A DNA stretch of 64,000 nucleotides. Source: Blastocatellia bacterium (GTDB taxonomy: Bacteria; Acidobacteriota; Blastocatellia; Pyrinomonadales; Pyrinomonadaceae). The DNA lies in the NCBI GenBank assembly GCA_033856735.1, contig JAWVEM010000025.1, positions 972 through 64,971 on the forward strand, given 5' to 3'. The notes beneath the pieces were generated by a model. The model ran no database searches, had not been told where the DNA came from, and saw only the letters and a list, made by a program, of their open reading frames with translations. A program made the position numbers and the translations under genes. Shown in pieces: positions 17,582 through 27,691 of the stretch (positions are counted from its first letter, which is position 1; each line of letters starts with the position of its first letter).

Positions 17582-18153
17582 ATTGCCACTTTGCGAACTT
17601 GGTAAGAACACAAGATGTTGTGTTTTGATCGGGAAATCGCTGATCCGTTTTCAAAATCGGGTCTGATAATTACCTATTATGTTAAAAACGCATCATCTGA
17701 GAAGCGCGGGCAATACAAAATCCGATTGATCGGCTTAACAGAAAATCTTCCGACTGTCCGCTAGACCATTTAGTTTTCGGATAGCGTGACGATTTCTTCC
17801 GGCATGGCTTCAGAAGCGTAAATGACAATGAGTCATCTTTAACGCCAAGGTATTGACAGCTCGCACAAAAGATTTTAGCCTCTCGGAGTAGGTTCTACGA
17901 AATGTCGTCCTTGCGGACTTGCATACAAAGCTAATCACAGTACGTTCAGTCTCCTAACCTGCTCTTCAATGGCCCGCAATGACACTTTCTAGCCCTCTCG
18001 GCATGCCGCGAGATCATTAGGGTATTTGTCCACGATACGGCTCGTCTAGTTAGTGCACGCATTCTGTTCACGTTGAGCCTCTGTGCTACGAGACTCGCGG
18101 ATACGGGTAGCCGGGAAGATTGCTGCCGAACACCAGGAGGTAGACATTCACAC

Positions 18154-21100
18154 GTGACTGCCGCTCAGCAGACTATAGCCGCTCTCATTCAGTCGCTAGG
18201 GAGTGCCGACTCACATACTCGTCGACGAGCAGCGGAGGCGCTTGCACGTTTGGGCAAGACTGCCGTGCCGGCTTTGATGAATGCGCTCAAGCATCAGGAT
18301 GCGCGCGTTAGAGCTGGGGCGGCCGACGCTACCAGAAGAATGGGTGCCAAAGCATCGGCGGTAATTCCGCTTCTGGTTGAAAGGTTAAAAGATAGAGATT
18401 CTGAGGTCGCCTCAAACGCGGCTCTTGCCCTAGGCTCTTGTGGTTCAGCGTCACGAGTGGCAATTCCGGCGCTGATCGAATTCCTGAAGACCGACCACAC
18501 TGATTCGGCGATTAAGGCTCTCAAACAACTCCGCCCGCTTTCTGAACCTGCGCTAATCGATGCGATCGGCGATAGCGACTACCTACTGAGCAAACGTGCG
18601 GCACTGGCACTCTGGGGTGAAACCCCGGAACGGGTGTCAATCCTAATTGAGTCTATGCAGAGCCCTGACTTGCGCGTGCGCAGAGGTGCTACCAGTTTCC
18701 TCGGGGCCATACGGGGAATCGGCACAGAAGCGGTATCAGCACTGCTTAATGCGTTGACTGAACCGGATGCAAAAGTTCGTTGTTACGCCGCTCAATCTCT
18801 AATCGGAAGAGAAAACCATTCCGACTTGGTTGTCTCTGCTTTGACAAGCGTTCTTGGCGATGAGAGTGAAAATGTTCAAGTTGCCGTTGTCCAAGCCATT
18901 GGGACCTATGGTACGGCTGCCGAACCTGCTGTTCCTGAGCTCATTAAGCTTCTAGATCGTGAGGCTGGCCCAAAGATTTATCGAGAGGTTGCTCAAGCGC
19001 TCAAGACGCTTGGTCCAGTTGCAGTTCCAGCGCTTATCAACACTCTCAGGGAGCCGGATAATAAAGCAGGGCCTAGGGCAACTGAGGTACTCGAAGAAAT
19101 TGGCGCGCGCGGGAGTGCGGGCATTCCTGCGCTCGTCGAGGCACTTAAGGATGAGAACGCAACCGTACGCAGCAGGGCCTCTACCTGCTTGGCGGCAATT
19201 GGATCGAAGACAGTCCCATTGCTAATCGAGTTGCTAGGCGATCCCCAACAGCCATTCGTCGAAGATGCGAAGGAAGCCCTTCATGCAGTTAAACGCAAAT
19301 TGGCTCGCCAGGAAGAGGATCTGAAGATCGCTACTCTATGGGCGGAAAATCTTCCCTCCCTGGAAGCCCATGACGAAAACCTGAATTATGCTTATTTCGG
19401 GAATCGTGCGTTTGCGGACCCAACTGTTCGACTGGGTCTAGATGCCAAGACTAAGCGCGAACTACTTGAGGAACTAAATCATACTTCCGGGCTCCAGCTC
19501 GAAATTGACCAGGCTTTGGCAACCTCAGAGGAAGCTCGCGCCCGCACTTCGTTGGACCAACCAAAACCCCCTCCGCCCCGTTATACTGATATCAGGTTTT
19601 ACGGAGAGGATAGGTTTCGTGGGAGAATTAAGGAACTCTCGGCGGATCAGCCTCTACAGGTGAAGGGTTGGTACGAGATTGAATTTGCGATTCGCAAGAG
19701 TCCCGTCGGCGATCTTGTAGAGGGAAAACGGGAGCCCCTCCGTGAAACGGGAAAACCTCATGATGTCGAACTTCTGGTTACAGCCGAAAGCCCGGACTTC
19801 ATTATCGAGAAGGCGGTCCAAAGATTGGTGCTGCCGCCGGAAGGAGATTCAACCGCGCCAGCCTACTTCAGGGTTTCTCCAAAAAGAGCCACAGTGAGCG
19901 TGAACAAACGATCACGCATTGATTTTCGGGTATTCTATAAATTCAACCTCCTTGCCGTTACTCGCTCAAGAGTTGAGGTAGTCGAAGAAGGCGAAAATGC
20001 GGCCATTTCAATTTTTGGATCTCCCAACGCCCGCACAGTCGAGCACGTTCGGCTCGAAAGTGATTTGTCAGCTGTTTACGATCTGCTGCCGCGTGAGATG
20101 CACATCGACATCACCCGAAACGACGATAACTCATTCAAATTTACTTTTACCTACTTGAAGGGTTTGGAAGGTGAAAAACAGGACGATGATCTTGTCTTAA
20201 CTGCTTCAATCCATTTGCAGGAACAGGCCCTTAAAGGTGCCGTCTCGAACATCAGAAAAACGTTATTGGGAATAGTGATGACCGGATCGTACGGCGAATT
20301 TGTGGAAGGGACGGATGAAATCGAATTCGCCCGACAGATGAATCTAATCGGTCGTGATGGCGAAGCCTTGTGGACCACTCTCTTCAAGCTCGACAAGAAC
20401 AGTCCAATGTACAAAATCGGCGAATTCCTCGCGGAGAATCCGTTGAAGCCAGGCTCGCTTATTCAGGTATCTACCGCGCCCGAGGCATCAGACCTCGTCT
20501 TTCCGTGGAATCTGCTGTACGACAAGAAGATTCCGGATACCGTAAGCGAGGACGTTGTTCCCGCGCTCGACGGCTTTTGGGGTCTGCGTTATATCATCGA
20601 ACAAAGATTGCCGGATACCTGGGCAAAGGATGAGCCGATTGTTTATGACGACGACTTCGAGGTTACCTTTATGCTTTGGAACTTTGTTCAAGCAAAAGGT
20701 CAAGAGGATTTCCTAAAAGAACTGCTGGCCAAAGATCGAGGAACTCTGAATACTGGCGAGTCGATCAAGAATGCTAAGGTTGCGCGTCGTTGTCTGGCCG
20801 ATTGTAAAAGCCAGATTCTCTATTTTTTCACCCACGGGCACACCAGCATTCCCGCCTCAAACATCGGCGGACTCACTTTAGCGGACGTCAAATCTCTCTG
20901 CAGTGCCATCCCGAACGATTCACCGCAGCATGCGGCTTGGGAAGCTCGCCTTGAAGATTTACAGCAAAATCAGTTTGCTTCTAACGATTCTTGGATCGAG
21001 CTAAGCGTGGGTAGACTGTCTCTCATGGAGAATCTATATAGGGAGGACGTCAACCTGCGAAATAGTCCAATCGTCTTTTTGAACATGTGCGAGTCGGCAC

Positions 21101-21402
21101 AGGTCACGCCCGATCTCTCGAAACCTAGCTTCATACACTTTTTCATCAATCGAGACGCCCGCAGCGTGATCGGGACTGAATGTTCGATCACGCCGCTCTT
21201 TGCGGACAGTTTTGCTCGCAGCCTCTTCCCGTCTCTAATGCGGGGGGATCAGATTGGGAAGATCCTTCTTGATCTCCGCCGGGACTTCATGACCAAAAGA
21301 AATCCTCTCGGGCTGGCGTATACGTTGTTCGGTTCAGCAACAGTAAGACTTGAACCGTCCCCAGTTCAAGATGGAGTCACAGGTTCTGAAAAGGAGCCTT
21401 AG
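18154..21402 (+). CDS. HEAT-repeat / CHAT-domain (caspase-fold) protease
   Basis: About 400 aa of PBS-lyase-type HEAT repeats (D..VR..AA.ALG). The C-terminal CHAT dyad is ILYFFTHGH (His) and VFLNMCESA (Cys). GTG at 18154 lies 13 nt after AGGAGG; the alternative is TTG at 18073. Confidence 0.8.
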   Translation: MTAAQQTIAALIQSLGSADSHTRRRAAEALARLGKTAVPALMNALKHQDARVRAGAADATRRMGAKASAVIPLLVERLKDRDSEVASNAALALGSCGSASRVAIPALIEFLKTDHTDSAIKALKQLRPLSEPALIDAIGDSDYLLSKRAALALWGETPERVSILIESMQSPDLRVRRGATSFLGAIRGIGTEAVSALLNALTEPDAKVRCYAAQSLIGRENHSDLVVSALTSVLGDESENVQVAVVQAIGTYGTAAEPAVPELIKLLDREAGPKIYREVAQALKTLGPVAVPALINTLREPDNKAGPRATEVLEEIGARGSAGIPALVEALKDENATVRSRASTCLAAIGSKTVPLLIELLGDPQQPFVEDAKEALHAVKRKLARQEEDLKIATLWAENLPSLEAHDENLNYAYFGNRAFADPTVRLGLDAKTKRELLEELNHTSGLQLEIDQALATSEEARARTSLDQPKPPPPRYTDIRFYGEDRFRGRIKELSADQPLQVKGWYEIEFAIRKSPVGDLVEGKREPLRETGKPHDVELLVTAESPDFIIEKAVQRLVLPPEGDSTAPAYFRVSPKRATVSVNKRSRIDFRVFYKFNLLAVTRSRVEVVEEGENAAISIFGSPNARTVEHVRLESDLSAVYDLLPREMHIDITRNDDNSFKFTFTYLKGLEGEKQDDDLVLTASIHLQEQALKGAVSNIRKTLLGIVMTGSYGEFVEGTDEIEFARQMNLIGRDGEALWTTLFKLDKNSPMYKIGEFLAENPLKPGSLIQVSTAPEASDLVFPWNLLYDKKIPDTVSEDVVPALDGFWGLRYIIEQRLPDTWAKDEPIVYDDDFEVTFMLWNFVQAKGQEDFLKELLAKDRGTLNTGESIKNAKVARRCLADCKSQILYFFTHGHTSIPASNIGGLTLADVKSLCSAIPNDSPQHAAWEARLEDLQQNQFASNDSWIELSVGRLSLMENLYREDVNLRNSPIVFLNMCESAQVTPDLSKPSFIHFFINRDARSVIGTECSITPLFADSFARSLFPSLMRGDQIGKILLDLRRDFMTKRNPLGLAYTLFGSATVRLEPSPVQDGVTGSEKEP

Positions 21403-21493
21403 CCACCGAACGAGCGCCACGCTTGATCTGATTGATCTCAGCGCGGAGCAGGAGTCATTCAATCAACGTAACTTCACAGACAAAGGAGAAAGC

Positions 21494-21955
21494 ATGAGTG
21501 ATTTAGCACAAGCGCGGTCCGCCGTGGCGGACTTTCTGGAAGCAAACCTCAATGAAGACCAATTGTTTGAAAAACTTGGAGTGCGAGAGAAAGTGAGGGA
21601 ACAAGACCCTGCATTGGTCAGCAGTTATTCCGACGACCCAGCCTGGGACGCCAAGGTTATGGGACCGCTTGACGACGTCCGTAGCTTTGGTCGAATCTTT
21701 TTCAAAAAGCTCAATACCCAGTGTTATGGCATTGCGTGCGGCTCGGATACGGCGGACACTGAAGAAAGGAAACAGTTAATGGCTTCCTTTGGTTTTGGCA
21801 AGACGGAAGTGGCAGCCGCACTGGCGGCGCTTTTGGTCGCTCAGCTCGCACTCGCTCCGGCTGTGGCCACCGTCGTGGCATTGTTAATTGTCAAGCTGGT
21901 TTTCAGAAATGCTTTGGGAGCTATGTGCGAAGTCTGGAAGAGCAAGATATCCTGA
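21494..21955 (+). CDS. Hypothetical protein with a C-terminal TM helix
   Basis: ATG at 21494 is preceded by AAGGAG. The TM segment is VAAALAALLVAQLALAPAVATVVALLIVKLVF. The longer ORF from 21350 overlaps the CHAT gene. Confidence 0.5.
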   Translation: MSDLAQARSAVADFLEANLNEDQLFEKLGVREKVREQDPALVSSYSDDPAWDAKVMGPLDDVRSFGRIFFKKLNTQCYGIACGSDTADTEERKQLMASFGFGKTEVAAALAALLVAQLALAPAVATVVALLIVKLVFRNALGAMCEVWKSKIS

Positions 21956-22278
21956 CCTCCAGGGTATTAGTTCTTGAGTGCGGTAATTTCTTTGTCGCGA
22001 GGGTATTGTCAGATTAAACGTCTGAAGATGGAACGAAACTGTTCGCGCGCCAAACTCCACCAAGAAGTTCTTTCGTAAGCTATAAAGAGGTTGCAGTTTG
22101 TTCCCCGGATGCTCGTTGCAGACAAGCTGCACCTAAATTTTTATAGACCGTTAATCAACCATGACGAGAAGCGGATTCAGCCTTTACTTCATAGTGGGCC
22201 TCCTCCATGAAGTGGACATTACCCTTTGGATCGGCTGATCCATATGTCTTGGCAAAGATCCAAGCAACTCCACCTCTT

Positions 22279-23157
22279 TCATGTTGTGCGGCTTTTGATG
22301 ATCCGGAAGTCATAGAGTGCCACGCTCGCGGCAACGCCGTCCTCTGAAATGCCATACAATTCAATCTGATAATCACCGGTGGAAAGAAACTCCGAGGGAA
22401 TCCGTAATACAACAACGTTCACGCCCGACTCCGATTTCAGATTGTCGATGGTGAACAGTTCACGACCTTCCACGGTACGAACAACAGTACGATACTTGGC
22501 ATACTTGACAGCAGAAGAGAACTCAAGTTGAAGCTTAACAAGCTTGTTCTCTTTATTAAGAACGACCTTTCTTAGTTCGCCTCCCTCTCGTAGACGAGTC
22601 GGCTGAAGTGTCAGTGCCATTGAAACCTGATCAGTTGTGACTAACGGACGACTGTTGAGTTCCGCCAATTGACGTTCGATCCTCGCGCGTTCTTCATCGA
22701 CAGGAGCGGTCGCCTTCGGCAATATCAATCGGGTAATTTGGGGGGCGAAAAAAACAAAGAGGAGAATTGCCGCGAAAGCAAGTGTCACCCAAAACTTGTG
22801 TCTTTGAAAAAAACCTAGTGCGTTTCGCCATCGGTCTGCCACGGCCCAGGATTCGTGGCCAATCATTGGTTGCAGTTCTTTACCTTCAGCCACGTAGACT
22901 TCAAAAGCTTGGGCGATCATTAACTTTTGGCGTCTCTCATCATCTAAGAGAAAATTTTTCTGAAAGTCTTCACGTTCGCTTTCCGAAAGCCCATCAAAGA
23001 CGTAATCATCGATAAGATCGTCCTGAGCAACCCCCAGTCTTTCCGCGAACGCTTTGTCACAGACAATGCGTTCATCGACTTCCTCCTGTAATGGCTCCTC
23101 GAGTTCGGCGAGGAGGTACTTTCTCATTATGGTTTGTTCATTATCCGGCTCGATCAT
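22279..23157 (-). CDS. Anti-sigma factor-like single-pass membrane protein
   Basis: N-terminal YLLAELEEPLQEEVDERIV.D..F...L pattern, as seen downstream of ECF sigma genes, and one TM helix (FWVTLAFAAILLFVFFAP). ATG at 23157 follows GGAGGGA; the alternative start is 23184. Confidence 0.6.
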   Translation of the reverse strand: MIEPDNEQTIMRKYLLAELEEPLQEEVDERIVCDKAFAERLGVAQDDLIDDYVFDGLSESEREDFQKNFLLDDERRQKLMIAQAFEVYVAEGKELQPMIGHESWAVADRWRNALGFFQRHKFWVTLAFAAILLFVFFAPQITRLILPKATAPVDEERARIERQLAELNSRPLVTTDQVSMALTLQPTRLREGGELRKVVLNKENKLVKLQLEFSSAVKYAKYRTVVRTVEGRELFTIDNLKSESGVNVVVLRIPSEFLSTGDYQIELYGISEDGVAASVALYDFRIIKSRTT

Positions 23158-23186
23158 CGACGGTCCCTCCGGCGGGATTCTCATCC

Positions 23187-23753
23187 TTATATGCCAGCAA
23201 GCTCGATAATATTATCCTTGCCCGAGCGGTCAAGACATTGCAGGATGCACTTTGCCAACCGCGTCCTAATGCGAAACACTCGCGCGCGCAAAGCGCCGAC
23301 CTTGAGCCGTAGTTTATCCCCCATTTCCCGGTGGGAAGCGATTTTCGCTCGTTTCTCCTCTTTGTAGTAGCTAAGGATCAATTCCGAATTCCGACGCGGA
23401 AGCTCTGCAAGACACTGATCGAGACACCTTAGATAAGGCTCTAATTCTTCATGCGACGCCACTTCTGGCGGCGCTGGTACCGCTTTTGCTCGTTGACGAA
23501 AATACTCCCGCCTTACGTTTCTCGCCACACCGTAAAAGTAGCGCTCCTTGACTCCGACATAATTGGCCTTTAACCACGTCACCTTCTCGGCCACTCTATT
23601 AATAGTTTCGTCAGCCAGATCTTCGGCTTCGTCGCACTGTCGGTTCAGGAATACCGTTATGAGCCTGCGGCGAATTGCCTCATACTTTTCGCCTGAGTGA
23701 GCCCGATTTGGTTCAAGCCAATCGAGCAATCCGTCGAATTCTTCTTTAGTCAT
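23187..23753 (-). CDS. ECF-type RNA polymerase sigma factor
   Basis: Region 2 (AEDLADETINRVAEKV...YFYGVARNVRREY) and region 4 (ELILSYYKEEK...EMGDKLRLKVGALRARVFRIRTRL). Confidence 0.8.
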   Translation of the reverse strand: MTKEEFDGLLDWLEPNRAHSGEKYEAIRRRLITVFLNRQCDEAEDLADETINRVAEKVTWLKANYVGVKERYFYGVARNVRREYFRQRAKAVPAPPEVASHEELEPYLRCLDQCLAELPRRNSELILSYYKEEKRAKIASHREMGDKLRLKVGALRARVFRIRTRLAKCILQCLDRSGKDNIIELAGI

Positions 23754-23831
23754 TGTTCAGGCAGTGTTCTTTGGTTTCGTGATCGGCCTCGAAACAAGGA
23801 TAGCACCGCAAGCCATAACGGCAACGCGAAT

Positions 23832-26800
23832 TCAGGCCGTCCGCACGGCCCTGTGCCGCGTCGCGAGATAAGTGCCGGCAGCTAGTAACAGCATCACGCC
23901 GGCTATTATTAGTATGTGTTTCCAGTTCAAACGGTGAACACCAACCTCTTTTCTGTACTCACCTTGCAGAATAAATCCGGCCCAATAGAACGGTTCTCGC
24001 CACTGCGGTTGCCGTTGCATCTTAAGCTGGGCGGTCCTCAGCGCCGCGGCGGGCGGTAGACCATCTCGTAACATGGCCGCGTAAAAGTAAGTCATGAACT
24101 CTGCGGTAGCATTGTCATCAACCTTCCAAAGACTGGCAACTACGCTTTTCGCACCTGCGTACATGAAGCCACTTGGAAGACCAACTATTCCTTCCCCGTG
24201 AACGTTCTTGCCAAGACCTGTTCGGCAAGCACTCAATACCACCAGATCCGCGGATAGATCGAGACTATAGACATCGTGCATCCGCAGAAATCCGTTAACA
24301 TTCTGGCCATGCTCGTCAACCATTGAAAGAAGCACGCCGGATAGATCTGGATGCTCAACGTTAAGCAGTCCGTGAGTCGCGACGTGCAGAATTCGGTAAC
24401 CGCTCATTCCGTCGCTAACGAATCTTTGTTTGGTGGCTTCGAAACCAGTAGTAATCACTCCGTCACCAGACGGGACAAATTCCATGATTGCTTTCGCTTC
24501 GCGCAGCGTTGAAGGAAGACGCGGGATATGCAATGGCGTAGCAAAAGCGTTGAAATCTCTCGTTGCTGTAGAAAGATAGACGCCGGAAGTTTCACTTTCG
24601 GTGGAGTCAGTGTTTGCGGCCAAAACTCTGGGGTCGTCTTTCTCAAATACTGGATCAGCTATAACCGCAATTGTTTTGTTTGACGGTTTAAGCTCTTTTC
24701 TTTCACTGCGGAGGGCGGCCAGAGTCATCGCTGACGGAAGCATAACGATTTCGTGCGCCGAGACTAATGGCTGGTTCGACGGCGAGTCAGGCATCGGCAA
24801 TGCTTCAAAAGGAATGTAACGAAGAATCCCGTCGCCAACAATTAGAAGGCGCTTGGTCCCAATTCGCGAAGAAACTTGCCCAAGCAGCATGTTGCTTAGC
24901 ATTGTTGACTGGTTCTTAAATTCGATCGCCGCTTCACCTAATATTTTGTCTCGTTCCGTGGCCCCAAGATCCTCGCTTAGAGACTGTCTTATCGTGAGTG
25001 AGTCGTATACCTCTCTAGCAAGCGCCTCGATTGTGGCCCGATCCGGTAATTCATAACTCGTGATCTCGGTGCCGCTAACCACCCATAGGTAACTATGTTC
25101 ATCACCAAGCGCGAATTCCAGTAGTAGCGCGTCGTCTTCCGTCACGAGACTTTTTAGGTCTTCTGCGCGCAGTTGGTCCGGTTGGGTCAGAACCGCTCGA
25201 CGAGGGCTTTGTATTCGCACTTGTGCGCGTATCGCCTGATAGTCGATAGTAAGCGCATCGAGTTCTCGAGATAACTTGTCGGCGTCCTCTTGGGTGTGTT
25301 TTCCAGCCAACAGCCGTGCCTGGTATTCGGCCTTCTCGTCAAGTGTGCGCAATAGCTCCTGTTGCCGGGACAGGAGATCCGCGTAGGGAACTCCGCGAGA
25401 TTCAATTTTCTCAGTCAGAAGCGAATCCAAAAGCGAACGAGCGCTCGCTTTCTCATTCGCTAACAGTGCCGCCAATGCGTATTCACGATCGGGAAACTGG
25501 CTGTTTAAGTCCATTAACACACTAATATAGAGTTCATATTGATTATGTATTGATGAGAAGTAAGATGTGCGAAGCTGAGAGTTGTTGATCTTGGTACGCA
25601 ACGACTCGCCGATCGCTATCGAGTCTTGAATTAGTGACAGGGCTCCGGTCAAATTCCCCCGATCCCTTTCGGCATTGGCAGTATTGAAAAGCGTCAAAGC
25701 CTCACCATGCCGATCTCCAGTCTCTCGCATAAGAAGAAGCGCCTGCTGAAAGTTGGCGAGTGCTTCGGGTAAGTTATGTGAAGCTGTTTGGATATGTCCG
25801 ATGTCGTTTAGGACATAGGCCTCACTCCGACGATTGCCGAGTTTTCGGTAGATCTGCAAGGCAGCGTCGAACTGTTGGAGCGCAGGCATAACCTTGCCTT
25901 GAGAGAAATAGATCGTACCGAGCCCCTTCATCGCGTGAGCCTCAATTATACGATCGCCAACCTGGCGGCTGAGTTCCAGGCTCTCTTGGTAAAACTTAAG
26001 CGCCTGGGTGTTTTCTCCTTTCTGAAATAAAACCCTGCCAACCAGGAATTTGTTAAGGGCCACGAAATCGCGATTACCAATCGCTTCATAAAGCTGCAAG
26101 GCCCGAGAGTAGTTGTCGAAGGCTGCATCGTAATCATTTAGGTCTTGATACGCGCGAGCAACTCCGTTTAGTGCGGCCGCCGCCCCTTGCTTGTTGCCAA
26201 TTGCCCGAAAGTAGTCACCGGCTTTCTTGTGTAAATCGAGAGCTGTTTGCTCCTCTCCAAGCAATGAATGCACACCGCCCAACACAGTCTGTGCCAGCGC
26301 AGCACCGCGACCGTCATTGATGGATTGGAATAGCGCAAGGGAGCGTTCAAAGTACTCAGAGGCCTTTTGCACATCTCCAAGATCGCTGTGCGAATAACCA
26401 AGGTTTAGGAGTCCAAGCGCCTGGCCGTTACGCTCGCCGATCTCGGCGTATATAGAGTACGCTCGCTCGAACAACTCGATTGACTTACGCAATTCACCTA
26501 AGGAGTAATCAGCCTCACCCGTCGTATTTAACGCCTGTGCCTCCGCTCTCCTATAGGTGGCAGGCTGCCGAGACGCATCGATTCGATCGATCATGTCTAA
26601 CATCCTCTTGGCATATGAAAGCGCCTTTTGGTTTTCACCTAAGTAAATGTTGGTGTAGCCGAGCCCATTGAGCGCCGCGAGAACCCCCAATTCATATACT
26701 TTACCCTCGCTGATCGATAACGCCTTCTCATATTGCGCTAAACTCGCTTGGTATTGACTCAGCCCGAAGTAAACATCTCCCATCACGCAGAGGGCTTCCG

Positions 26801-27410
26801 CCGCTCGGCCAAATTCGCCTGCCGACTTCCACAAACGGACCGCCTCGTCGTATTTGGAGAGTGCGCTCATCTGTGCCGATTCATTATGGTGTTCCTGGAG
26901 TTCGTCTGCTTCTGCCATGAAGCGGTTCGCTTCGTCCGTCAATCGATTTCTCGGTGTCGTCGTCGCAATCTCGGCCACCTGTAATTCATATGCCTTCTCC
27001 CTGGCGTCGGTTTCAATCGACTTGACCTCGATGCGATAGGTCTGTGGGGTGTCAGTCGAAAACGAAAGCTGCAACGTGCCGTAACGTCGACCTAAGACTT
27101 CAAAGCATGACTGAGCTTCTCCACAAAAAGAAGCCACTAGCTGCAAGTCACCTTTGTTGATATCGATGCGTGCATGCTGCCCAGCCAAAAGATTGAGCGC
27201 ATATACTCGCGCTTCGCCGGCAGAAATCACGTCCGAGACTTTTTGTCCCGTGGTCAGGTTGTGTGGCTCCGAGGGAGACGCGGCTTGCGTCAAAGAAGAG
27301 GGCAATGGCGTACGCGTTGGGAATCCAGCGAAGTCGGTCAGAGCGAGGCAAACCGCGCCTAAGGACACCGATGCGAGGGTTCGACATAAAATTCTTGAGA
27401 GGAGTTTCAA
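23832..27410 (-). CDS. Exported TPR-repeat / CHAT-domain protease with a C-terminal membrane anchor
   Basis: Signal-peptide-like N-terminus and many TPR units (A...Y..AL.I....G). The CHAT dyad is ILHVATHGL and VVLSACRTGLG. The C-terminal TM helix is ILIIAGVMLLLAAGTYLA. The TTG start follows AAGGAA. Confidence 0.8.
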   Translation of the reverse strand: MKLLSRILCRTLASVSLGAVCLALTDFAGFPTRTPLPSSLTQAASPSEPHNLTTGQKVSDVISAGEARVYALNLLAGQHARIDINKGDLQLVASFCGEAQSCFEVLGRRYGTLQLSFSTDTPQTYRIEVKSIETDAREKAYELQVAEIATTTPRNRLTDEANRFMAEADELQEHHNESAQMSALSKYDEAVRLWKSAGEFGRAAEALCVMGDVYFGLSQYQASLAQYEKALSISEGKVYELGVLAALNGLGYTNIYLGENQKALSYAKRMLDMIDRIDASRQPATYRRAEAQALNTTGEADYSLGELRKSIELFERAYSIYAEIGERNGQALGLLNLGYSHSDLGDVQKASEYFERSLALFQSINDGRGAALAQTVLGGVHSLLGEEQTALDLHKKAGDYFRAIGNKQGAAAALNGVARAYQDLNDYDAAFDNYSRALQLYEAIGNRDFVALNKFLVGRVLFQKGENTQALKFYQESLELSRQVGDRIIEAHAMKGLGTIYFSQGKVMPALQQFDAALQIYRKLGNRRSEAYVLNDIGHIQTASHNLPEALANFQQALLLMRETGDRHGEALTLFNTANAERDRGNLTGALSLIQDSIAIGESLRTKINNSQLRTSYFSSIHNQYELYISVLMDLNSQFPDREYALAALLANEKASARSLLDSLLTEKIESRGVPYADLLSRQQELLRTLDEKAEYQARLLAGKHTQEDADKLSRELDALTIDYQAIRAQVRIQSPRRAVLTQPDQLRAEDLKSLVTEDDALLLEFALGDEHSYLWVVSGTEITSYELPDRATIEALAREVYDSLTIRQSLSEDLGATERDKILGEAAIEFKNQSTMLSNMLLGQVSSRIGTKRLLIVGDGILRYIPFEALPMPDSPSNQPLVSAHEIVMLPSAMTLAALRSERKELKPSNKTIAVIADPVFEKDDPRVLAANTDSTESETSGVYLSTATRDFNAFATPLHIPRLPSTLREAKAIMEFVPSGDGVITTGFEATKQRFVSDGMSGYRILHVATHGLLNVEHPDLSGVLLSMVDEHGQNVNGFLRMHDVYSLDLSADLVVLSACRTGLGKNVHGEGIVGLPSGFMYAGAKSVVASLWKVDDNATAEFMTYFYAAMLRDGLPPAAALRTAQLKMQRQPQWREPFYWAGFILQGEYRKEVGVHRLNWKHILIIAGVMLLLAAGTYLATRHRAVRTA

Positions 27411-27415
27411 GCTGA

Positions 27416-27691
27416 TTATTCCTTCTTGGAAACCACCGTTTCGGAATCGCGCAGAGTAACGGTGATTGGAGATTCCAGGCGGTCACGACTATCTGCGGGT
27501 TCGGAGAACTTGGGATTCTTATTCCTTAACATATCAAAAATCTCTATCGCTTTCTCCGGGCTTGCTCCTGTGAGTTCTACCTCATACTGCCCGTCGCGAA
27601 TCTTTATGCAGCGGCTGCTCTTACCTCGCAGAAACTCGACCAGAAGTGGACCGGCGGACTTAGAAAGAACGAGGCCCCCGCAGCCGACCAA
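27416..27691 (-). CDS. Small domain resembling an effector-associated constant component (EACC1-like)
   Basis: GGLVLSKSAGPLLVEFLRGKSS.CIKIRDGQYEVELTGASPEKAIEIFDML resembles the EACC1 pattern from memory. It has only a TTG start and overlaps the upstream Ubl ORF by 88 nt in another frame, so it is probably the 3' part of a frameshifted Ubl fusion. Confidence 0.4.
   Translation of the reverse strand: MVGCGGLVLSKSAGPLLVEFLRGKSSRCIKIRDGQYEVELTGASPEKAIEIFDMLRNKNPKFSEPADSRDRLESPITVTLRDSETVVSKKE

Noticed and set aside
21350-21493. Upstream extension of the 21494 ORF (201-aa version)
   Set aside because: It would overlap the HEAT-CHAT gene by 53 nt and lacks an RBS. The internal ATG at 21494 has a canonical AAGGAG.
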